Shown here: piece after piece, positions 9,664 to 17,478 of the stretch | Numbering within the stretch: position 1 is the first letter of the stretch | How the letters are laid out: each line of letters opens with the position of its first letter | NCBI GenBank assembly: GCA_038231455.1 | Contig: JBBRLI010000001.1 | Location: forward strand, 352,001 to 416,000 | Source of the DNA: Vulcanimicrobiales bacterium | Lineage (GTDB): Bacteria > Vulcanimicrobiota > Vulcanimicrobiia > Vulcanimicrobiales > Vulcanimicrobiaceae | Reading direction: 5' to 3' | DNA: 64,000 bases | Notes under the pieces: generated by a model | Told to the model about the DNA's origin: nothing | Databases searched by the model: none | Seen by the model: only the letters and a program-made list of their open reading frames with translations | Position numbers and translations under genes: made by a program

Positions 9664-10749
9664 ATGCAACGTGTAGCACCCTACGCTCTCGCATACATCT
9701 ACGGGATCGCCGTCGTACTCGGCGTGATGTTTCGCGGCCCATTCGTTTGGCTGCCCGTTGTCCTGACGTTCGTTGTGATGCCGTTGCTCGATGCAATTGC
9801 CGGCGTTTCGCTGTGGAATCCCGATCCGGCCGACGAAACGCTCCTCGCGAACCAGCGCGCCTACCGGTATATCACCTGGGCGTGGGTCCCCTTCGAGGCG
9901 GCGGCGATCGGTTGGGCGCTCTGGGTGTGCCTCCAACCCGGCACGACGTGGCCCGAGCGCATTGGGCTGGCGATCGGCGTCGGATTGATGAATGGCGTCG
10001 TTGGGATCACCTATGCGCACGAATTGATCCACCAGTCGAACCGCTTCGAGCGGTTTCTCGGCGGCGTCTTGCTCGCGCTTGCGACGTACTCACACTTTCG
10101 GGTCGAGCACGTCTTCGGCCATCATCGGCACGTCGCAACGCCGGCGGATCCGGCGACGGCGCGTACGGGCGAAACGTTCTACGCGTTCTTCGCGCGCTCG
10201 GTGCCGGGCCAAGTCTTCTCGGCGTGGCAGATCGAAAGCGAACGCCTGCGACGACAAGGATCGATCATCGCGACACCACGCAACCGGATGCTGCAATATG
10301 GCTTACTCATGGTCGCCCTCTATGGCGCGATTTTTTCCACGACAAACGGGCTTGGTATCGCATTCTTCGCCGTGCAGAGTCTCGTCGCGTTCGGGAGTTT
10401 AGAGATCGTCAACTACATCGAACATTACGGCCTCATCCGCGCGCGTAAATCTGACGGCCGGTACGAAACCGTGCGACCCGCGCACTCTTGGAATACCGGA
10501 TTTCGCATGTCGAATTGGTTGCTGATTAATCTGGCCCGGCACTCGGACCATCACGCCCTCGCAAGTCGCCGATTCCAGATTCTGCGAACCTACGACAAAG
10601 CGGACGCGCCGGTGCTTCCGTTCGGCTACGCGACGATGTATCTTCTCGCGCTGACGCCGCCGCTCTGGTTTCGCGTGATGCAACCGCGACTACACGCATG
10701 GAAGGCGACGTCGGTCGGCACGACGCTCGCGCGCGCCGAATTGGCCTAA
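9664..10749 (+). CDS. alkB: Alkane 1-monooxygenase (membrane non-heme diiron)
   Basis: All His boxes present: HELIH, EHVFGHH, NYIEHYG, LARHSDHH; DPATARTGE; several TM helices. Confidence 0.92.
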   Translation: MQRVAPYALAYIYGIAVVLGVMFRGPFVWLPVVLTFVVMPLLDAIAGVSLWNPDPADETLLANQRAYRYITWAWVPFEAAAIGWALWVCLQPGTTWPERIGLAIGVGLMNGVVGITYAHELIHQSNRFERFLGGVLLALATYSHFRVEHVFGHHRHVATPADPATARTGETFYAFFARSVPGQVFSAWQIESERLRRQGSIIATPRNRMLQYGLLMVALYGAIFSTTNGLGIAFFAVQSLVAFGSLEIVNYIEHYGLIRARKSDGRYETVRPAHSWNTGFRMSNWLLINLARHSDHHALASRRFQILRTYDKADAPVLPFGYATMYLLALTPPLWFRVMQPRLHAWKATSVGTTLARAELA

Positions 10750-11255
10750 GACTCGCTTCGGTCGCGGAGTTCGCGCAGCTGTGCGAGATGCACGAAGCGC
10801 TGAATCTCTTCCCCGATGCGCGGGTCGAGTCCGAGAAACTGAATGCCCTGCATGAACTTGCGGCGGCGGACGTTCAAGAACGTGATCACGACCTTGCCTT
10901 TGATCGTCATTTCTTTGAACGTGGGCGGCGGCACCATGATTTTCTTCTTCCGCGGCCCCAAAGGCGTCGATTCTTCGATTTCTTTTTCGATCCGCAGCGA
11001 GCTGATGCGCTCGTTTGGGAGTGTGAAGCGGAACACGACTTCGGAGCCGTTCGGCAAATCTTCATCGCCGATCAACCGCAAACCGCCGGCGCTCAAATCG
11101 TCACCCTGCGCGCTGCGCGTCCCCGAACGACCGTTCAGCGTATACATCATCGTGAATTCGACCGACGCGCGAAAGCTGCCGCGCTTCTGACCACCCGGCG
11201 GCGGCGGCGGCGTTCTCTTACCAGCGGATTTTCGTGCACCACCGAAATTAAACAT
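10746..11255 (-). CDS. PilZ domain c-di-GMP binding protein
   Basis: QKRGSFR (RxxxR) and DLSAGG (DxSxxG); ends GIQF...IQRFV. Confidence 0.85.
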   Translation of the reverse strand: MFNFGGARKSAGKRTPPPPPGGQKRGSFRASVEFTMMYTLNGRSGTRSAQGDDLSAGGLRLIGDEDLPNGSEVVFRFTLPNERISSLRIEKEIEESTPLGPRKKKIMVPPPTFKEMTIKGKVVITFLNVRRRKFMQGIQFLGLDPRIGEEIQRFVHLAQLRELRDRSES

Positions 11256-11307
11256 ACGTCCGCTTGCATTTCCAGGAAGATACGCGGCGCCCTTCGTAGG
11301 TGGCGGG

Positions 11308-12711
11308 ATGCCCGAACTCGCGGCACGCCTTCTCGCGGCGCTCGGCCCGGAGGCCGTCCGTTCGGCCCCCGAGGATCTCGCGGCCTATGCCTACGATGCG
11401 TACAGCGAGGACGGGATGCCGCTCGCTGCCGTGATCCCGCGCGATGCGCGTGAAACGGCGATCGCCGTGCGTATCGCGCGCGAATGCGGCGAACCGGTCG
11501 TACCGCGCGGTGCCGGGACCGGGCTCTGCGGCGGCGCGATCCCCGCACGCGGCGGTCTTGTGATTTCGTTTGCGCGGATGAACCGGATTTTGGAGCTCGA
11601 CGTTCGCAACCGTCGCGCGCGCGTGCAGCCCGGTCTCATCAATCTTGACCTCTCGCGTGCGATCGCGCGACACGGCATCTTTTATGCGCCCGATCCCTCA
11701 AGTCAAAAGATTTCGACGATCGGCGGAAACGTCGGCACGAACGCCGGCGGTCCACATTGCCTCTCCTACGGCACGACGACGAACCACGTACTCGCGATCG
11801 AATACGTCGACGATGCGGGTGAGGTTCACACCACCTCCATCGACGATGTCGGTTACGATCTCACCGGCGCGCTTGTCGGCAGTGAGGGCACGCTCGGCGT
11901 CATCACCGCGGTCGACGTGCGGTTGATGAAACTGCCCGAAGCCGTGCGCGTGTGCGTGGCCGCATTCCCCGATGTCGAGAGCGCATCCGAGGCCGTCTCC
12001 GCAATCATCGGCGCGGGCATCGTCCCCACGGCCCTCGAGATCATGGATAAACTGATCGTTAGCGCCGTCGAAGCGCACTACCATGCGGGCTATCCGACTG
12101 ACAGCGGCGCCGTGCTGCTCGTTGAAGTCGCCGGAGCCGTCGATGACATGGACGCAAACGAAGCGGCAATTGCGAAAATCGCCAAGTCCCACGGTGCGGT
12201 GTCTTGGCGTGCGGCCCGCGATGCAGCCGAGCGCGACGCGCTCTGGGCCTCGCGCAAAGGCGCCGCGGGCGCGATGGGACGGATCGCGCCGAACTACTAC
12301 ATTCAAGACGCTTGTGTCCCGCGAACAAAATTGCCACAAGTCATGAATGCGATCGACGCGATCTCTGCCGAATATCAGATTCCCGTCGGCAACGTGTTCC
12401 ATGCAGGCGATGGCAACTTGCATCCACTGCTGATCTTCGACCGGCGCGACAAACGCCAAGTCGGCGCGGTCGTCGAAGCTGGGACCGCGATCTTGAAAAC
12501 GTGCGTTGAAATGGGTGGCACGATTTCGGGCGAGCACGGGATCGGCTACGAGAAGCGCGAGACGCTCTCGATGGTCTTCTCGACCGATGACCTCGCGACG
12601 ATGGGACGCGTGCGCGATGTGTTCGATCCGGCACGTCTTTTTAATCCCGATAAGATCTTCCCGAGCGGCGCCGTGTGCGGCGAAGTCGCGCAACCGCCGA
12701 GCGCGGCGTGA
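11308..12711 (+). CDS. glcD: Glycolate oxidase/D-lactate dehydrogenase FAD-linked subunit
   Basis: PRGAGTGLCGG, YAPDPSSQ, STIGGNVGTNAGG, GSEGTLG, HAGDGNLHP, SGEHGIG, FNPDKIF. Confidence 0.9.
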   Translation: MPELAARLLAALGPEAVRSAPEDLAAYAYDAYSEDGMPLAAVIPRDARETAIAVRIARECGEPVVPRGAGTGLCGGAIPARGGLVISFARMNRILELDVRNRRARVQPGLINLDLSRAIARHGIFYAPDPSSQKISTIGGNVGTNAGGPHCLSYGTTTNHVLAIEYVDDAGEVHTTSIDDVGYDLTGALVGSEGTLGVITAVDVRLMKLPEAVRVCVAAFPDVESASEAVSAIIGAGIVPTALEIMDKLIVSAVEAHYHAGYPTDSGAVLLVEVAGAVDDMDANEAAIAKIAKSHGAVSWRAARDAAERDALWASRKGAAGAMGRIAPNYYIQDACVPRTKLPQVMNAIDAISAEYQIPVGNVFHAGDGNLHPLLIFDRRDKRQVGAVVEAGTAILKTCVEMGGTISGEHGIGYEKRETLSMVFSTDDLATMGRVRDVFDPARLFNPDKIFPSGAVCGEVAQPPSAA

Positions 12712-14006
12712 TCGACACGCCGCCGCTGCGTTTCGAGGATTTAGCGCTCGATCGTCAACGCGTTGATGAATTCGGACTCGGCGGCCGCACGCCCGCGATC
12801 GCTGTTGCCCCGCACGATACGCGTGCGCTCATTGCGCTGCAACAGCGTGCTAATGAAGCCGGCCTTGGTGTTGTCGTGTTCGGCGGCGCTACGTTGCAGT
12901 CGATCGGCAATGCACCCACGCGGTACGACCTTGCCATCTCGCTTGCCCGTCTCACGCGCGTGCTCGACTACGAACCGCGCGATCTCACGATTGCCGTCGA
13001 AGCCGGAATCACGCTTGCGACGCTTGCCGGGCGCCTTGCCGAGCACGGGCAGTTCGTGCCGCTTGACGCGCCGCGTGCGGCGACGGCGACCGTCGGCGGA
13101 ACACTTGCTGCAGGGTGGCGCGGTCCGCGTCGGACGACCTACGGCACCGCGCGCGATTTCGTGATCGGCACCGAAGCAATTCTCGCCGACGGAACGCACG
13201 CGCACGCCGGAGGGATGGTCGTCAAAAACGTCACGGGTTACGATGTCGGCAAACTCTACCTTGGCTCGCTCGGAACGCTCGGCACCCTTGTGCGTGTGAA
13301 CTTCAAATGTTTACCTCTGCCGCCGGTCCGGCGCATCGCAATCGCTCCGCTCGCTGACGAACATCGCGACCGCGCGCTCGCGCACTTGGCCTCACTTGCA
13401 ATCGAGCCCACCTGTGCGCTGCTGATGCGCGGGTTCGATGCCGCAACCCCCGACGTCAAGAGCGATGATCCGCGACTCGTCGTGCTCTTCGAAGGCAGCG
13501 ATGCCGTCGTCGAACGAGCTACGCGCGATTTACGTTCGGCACTCGGCGCCGCCGGCGTCGCCTCGACGACGATCGTCGACCGCAATCCCGAGCACGCCTT
13601 TGCGCGCGTTCTCGATGCGTACACCGATACGCTGGTCGGACGTTCGATTACGTTTCGTTCCACCGGTTTGCCTTCGACCGTCCTCGAGCGTTTCGAGCGC
13701 GTCGATCGCTTAGCGCGCGACTTCGTGCTGCGGCTCGACGCAATCGTCGATCTTCGCTCGGGCGATCTCACGCTACGCTTTCTTGCGCCAAAAAAGAACG
13801 CGTTCACCCAAATCGCCGCGACGCTCGCAAGCGATCTGCGCACCATCCTCGATCCATGCACGATCCTTGCGGGCGATCCAGCGGCGCGCAGCGGTATCGA
13901 TGCGTGGGGCACCGAGCCCGCGTCTATTGGAACGATGCGCTCGCTCAAAACGCGATTCGACGAGCGCGCGACGCTCGCACCGGGGCGGTTCGTCGGTGGC
14001 ATCTAG
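12708..14006 (+). CDS. glcE: Glycolate oxidase FAD-binding subunit GlcE-like
   Basis: DYEPRDLT, ATVGGTLA, GGMVVKNVTGYD, GSLGTLG; GTGA overlap with glcD. Confidence 0.85.
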   Translation: MIDTPPLRFEDLALDRQRVDEFGLGGRTPAIAVAPHDTRALIALQQRANEAGLGVVVFGGATLQSIGNAPTRYDLAISLARLTRVLDYEPRDLTIAVEAGITLATLAGRLAEHGQFVPLDAPRAATATVGGTLAAGWRGPRRTTYGTARDFVIGTEAILADGTHAHAGGMVVKNVTGYDVGKLYLGSLGTLGTLVRVNFKCLPLPPVRRIAIAPLADEHRDRALAHLASLAIEPTCALLMRGFDAATPDVKSDDPRLVVLFEGSDAVVERATRDLRSALGAAGVASTTIVDRNPEHAFARVLDAYTDTLVGRSITFRSTGLPSTVLERFERVDRLARDFVLRLDAIVDLRSGDLTLRFLAPKKNAFTQIAATLASDLRTILDPCTILAGDPAARSGIDAWGTEPASIGTMRSLKTRFDERATLAPGRFVGGI

Positions 14007-15087
14007 CGCAGCGATCATCCGGCGCGATTTGATGCGCACCGTTGGGAACGTCTTACGCACGCCAACGCGCTTTCGCAGGCTCCTGCGTTTAGGGCCCGCC
14101 GGACTGCTGCGCATGGCGCGTTTCCTCGGAAAAATCGTGCCGCACGCATCGCGCGAACTAGCGACAATCCGTTCGCGCGCAGCGTTGATCCCCGATCCCG
14201 CGCTGCGCGAGCAGGCTCTGGCTTCGATCGATTACAAGGCGTATCACGTGCAGGGCGGCTGCATCCTTGCGACGTTCTTACCGACATTTGCGGCGCGCCG
14301 CTACGTCGCGATCATCGCGCCGCTCGAGACGATTTACGACTATCTCGATAATTTGTGCGACCGGCTACCGGGTGTCGAAGAGCGCGCCTACGGCACGTTG
14401 CACGAAGCCCTGCTCGACGCGCTCGACGATCGTCGCCCGCTCACGAATTACTATCGCGAAGGCCCGCTCCGCGACGACGGTGGTTATCTTGCGTGGCTCG
14501 TCGATTCGGTGCGGCGCGGAATCGCAGCGTTGCCACATCACGATTCCGTGCGCGCGCAACTGGTCGACGTGGCGCAATTCTACGCGGAACTCCAAACGTA
14601 CAAACATGCTATGGCCGAACGCCGGGAGGACGTGTGCCGCGACTGGTACGAACGCAATCGCGAGCGTTTCCCGGGCATGTACTGGTGGGAATTTGCGGCG
14701 GCGTGCGGCAGTTCGCTCCCGGTCTTTGCGCTCTTGTTCTTGGCCTCGCACGAAACGGTCGATCCGCGCGAAGTGGCGCGGACGCTCGATGCCTATTTCC
14801 CGAACGTCTCCGCAGTGCACATTCTGCTCGACTATTTCATCGATCAGGCCGAAGATCAAGAACATCGCGAACTGAACTTCGTCGCGTGTTACGCAACCAG
14901 TGCCGAGGCAGTCGAGCGCGTGCGTCGGCTCGTCGCAACGACCGCCACGAGCCTGCGGACACTCGCCGACGCCGACTGGCACGAATTCTTGCTTCAGGCG
15001 ATGTGCCTGTTCTATCTCACGCACCCCAAGGTGTTCGAACAGCGACTCGAAGGCGAGAGTGCCGAACTCCTCGCGGCACTTGGCTAG
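13996..15087 (+). CDS. ytpB: Tetraprenyl-beta-curcumene synthase family terpene cyclase (DUF2600/YtpB); start 13996 (GTG) or 14032 (ATG)
   Basis: IPDPALREQALASI, HVQGG, IYDYLDNLCD, LQTYKH, WWEFAAACGS, HILLDYFIDQAED match recalled Bacillus YtpB motifs. Confidence 0.85.
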   Translation: MASSAAIIRRDLMRTVGNVLRTPTRFRRLLRLGPAGLLRMARFLGKIVPHASRELATIRSRAALIPDPALREQALASIDYKAYHVQGGCILATFLPTFAARRYVAIIAPLETIYDYLDNLCDRLPGVEERAYGTLHEALLDALDDRRPLTNYYREGPLRDDGGYLAWLVDSVRRGIAALPHHDSVRAQLVDVAQFYAELQTYKHAMAERREDVCRDWYERNRERFPGMYWWEFAAACGSSLPVFALLFLASHETVDPREVARTLDAYFPNVSAVHILLDYFIDQAEDQEHRELNFVACYATSAEAVERVRRLVATTATSLRTLADADWHEFLLQAMCLFYLTHPKVFEQRLEGESAELLAALG

Positions 15088-15347
15088 ATGCGGCTGGGGC
15101 CGTCCTTCACGAACGCAAGATAGTCCATCACGCCGAAAGCAAGAAAGATCACGTTCGCGATTACCGTCGCAACGCCGACGGTTTCGTGCCACCACGTGCC
15201 GGTCGAAGTTGCAAATAGCAGCGCGCAACCGAAGAGCGCGATCAAGACGATGCGCGTCGAGAGTCGGAGCATCGCGTTTTTTCCGGCAAGCAAGTAACCG
15301 AACGCAAAACAAAAGAGAAAAACGTAGAGGTTGTTCAGGGAACCCAT
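15084..15347 (-). CDS. Small hypothetical membrane protein (~3 TM)
   Basis: 87 aa with three hydrophobic stretches; fills the gap and overlaps the ytpB stop. Confidence 0.6.
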   Translation of the reverse strand: MGSLNNLYVFLFCFAFGYLLAGKNAMLRLSTRIVLIALFGCALLFATSTGTWWHETVGVATVIANVIFLAFGVMDYLAFVKDGPSRI

Positions 15348-15424
15348 ATGCAGCATATCGACAAATCAGCGGCAAACTTTCGCCGCTTGCTCATTCCATT
15401 TGCCAAGTGATGGTTAAACAGCAA

Positions 15425-16210
15425 CTAGAAAGCGAACGATAGCCCGGCGTTGCTTAGAACACCCTGGTAGTAGCCGCGCGCTTTCTCGGTGAACTCGCCC
15501 GGCTTGAGGCCCATCGCTTCGAGCACGTCGGGAATCTCCGCGATCGCCTTGCTCGCGTGGCCCCACATCTCGCCGAAAATATCTTCGGCATGCGCGGCAT
15601 CGATCTCATCGCGCTCCACCATTCGCATGAGCCGCCGTTCGCCGAAGCGCACGTGGTGCCGTTCGTCCTCGAGGACGAAGTCCATAAATTTGGCGATCTC
15701 ATCGGAGTTGGCGCGCATATCCATGCAGCCGTACTCGAGCAAGCAGATGGCCAGTCCCTCGACGACGAGATTGTTGCCGATAAGCGCGCCCAAGAAATCA
15801 CCGCGTTCGATCGCGCGTTCGATCGTCGTACGGAATTTATTGAAGTTGGGTGAAACGTAGCGCGCGAGTTTGTCGTCGCCGAGACCGAATTGTGCGAGTT
15901 TGGTGCGGAAGTGTGAGAGATGCGCACGTTCTTCGTCGGCCTGCACGAGCAGATACTTGCGCGCCGCCTCGTCGGGTGCGATTTTCGCAAGTTCCGTCGA
16001 ACAGTAGAGCGAGATTTCTTCGCCCGACACAAAATGCGCGAAGCAGCGCTGGAAGAGTTCGGCTGAGGCCGGCATGATCTTCACCGGCGCGAGCGCCCGC
16101 ACGAGGTCGATCCCGGTGAGGTCATCGAGCGCAAAGATGAACTTCAACATCGCCGGCTTCCGAAAGGCCGGGTCGATGATCATTTTCGCGAGCCGGTTCT
16201 TTAAGGCCAT
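15425..16210 (-). CDS. Ferritin-like diiron carboxylate protein (aldehyde-deformylating oxygenase-like)
   Basis: Two E...ExxH pairs: SGEE...EERAH and VVEG...DERHH; start trimmed to MALKNRL. Confidence 0.75.
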   Translation of the reverse strand: MALKNRLAKMIIDPAFRKPAMLKFIFALDDLTGIDLVRALAPVKIMPASAELFQRCFAHFVSGEEISLYCSTELAKIAPDEAARKYLLVQADEERAHLSHFRTKLAQFGLGDDKLARYVSPNFNKFRTTIERAIERGDFLGALIGNNLVVEGLAICLLEYGCMDMRANSDEIAKFMDFVLEDERHHVRFGERRLMRMVERDEIDAAHAEDIFGEMWGHASKAIAEIPDVLEAMGLKPGEFTEKARGYYQGVLSNAGLSFAF

Positions 16211-16280
16211 AGTCGTCCCATCTGCGCGCGTACGCTCCTTGGAGTATCCCCCCGGCGCGCCCGGCGCACGGTGAGGGCCG

Positions 16281-17429
16281 TCACCACGTGCGAGCGATCC
16301 CGACCAGGAACGACGCGACGCTCTCCTTGCGAAAGAATCCCTCACTCGAGAGATGCTGGGCGAGGGCCGGACGCGTCGCCGCGCGCTGCGACAGCGGATC
16401 GACAACATAGCGGAAGACCGCCCGCATGCGGCGTGAGGCCCGGGCATTGGCATCGAAGGCCCCGAGGGTGCGGCGATAGCTGCGAGCGGCCGCCGACACG
16501 TCGCCGTGGGCATCGATGAGGGCGCGGGCCGCGGCGCTGCCTCAGGTCATCGACTGCGCAATCCCCTCGGCGGAGAACGGGTCGGCGACACCCGCCGCAT
16601 CGCCGGCGGCAAAGATCGCTCCGCTCGTGCGGCGGCTGCGGCCGGTCGGGATCACGCCGCCCGAAATGCGCTCGACGGTTGGGTGTGGTCCGAGTGACTC
16701 CTGCGCAAAAGGGCTCTCGCGTAACCAGCGCTCGAGGACGCCGCGCAAATCGGGGTCGCGCCGCGAGAAATCGCTGTCGACGAGAATCCCGACGTTCGCG
16801 TAGCGCGCATCGAGCGGAAAGATCCACGCATAGCCCGGGACGACCGCGCGGTCGAAGTGCAAGCCAAACGACGGTTCCAAATCGCGGTCGGCGCGAACGT
16901 AGCCTCGCAAGGCCACCAGGCGCGAACGGTGCTTACCGAATCCGGCCGCGGCGGCAAGTCCACCCGTCGCGCCCTCGGCAAGAACCACCGCATCGGCATC
17001 GGTGATGGCGTCGGTCGCAGACCCCAGCCGTCGCGCCGTGATGCGCGCACCGTCCTCCAGCAGCCCGATCGCGCGAACGGTCGTGCTGGGTTCGAACTGC
17101 GCGCCCGCCGCGATCGCGGCTTGAACGAGGCGATTATCGAAGTCGCGCCGCTCGACGATCGCACCCCACGGCAATTCGGCGGGCCAACCGCCGCGAAAGA
17201 CCACCCGCGAGGGCGCACTCATCGTCCCGAAGGCTAGAGGAACGCGGTCGGTGAGATCGACCCCAAGGCCCGCCGCGACCCGAACGCCATCGGGCGAGAT
17301 CCCATCGCCGCAGGTTTTTGCTCGCGGCCACGTGCTGCGCTCGATGAGACGCACCTCGGCACCCGCCCGCGCGAGTTCGATTGCAGCACTGCTTCCGGCG
17401 GGCCCGGCTCCCACGACGACGACACGCAT
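16281..17429 (-). pseudogene. Geranylgeranyl reductase family FAD oxidoreductase interrupted by in-frame TGA at 16542-16544
   Basis: VVGAGPAG, PRAKTCGDG, RRDFD, PGYAWIFP, AGDAAGVADPFSAEGI; same frame continues past TGA (MT*GSAAARAL...) to a stop at 16281. Confidence 0.8.
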
Positions 17430-17478
17430 GTGACCGACGTTTCGAGGTGGCGCGCATTTTCCCGCGAAGGCGTTTTTG

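Noticed and set aside
16542-16544. Genome-wide TGA reassignment (code 4 or 25)
   Set aside because: TGA ends many full-length genes here (queD, glcD and the GTGA/ATGA overlaps), and this is the only internal TGA I noticed
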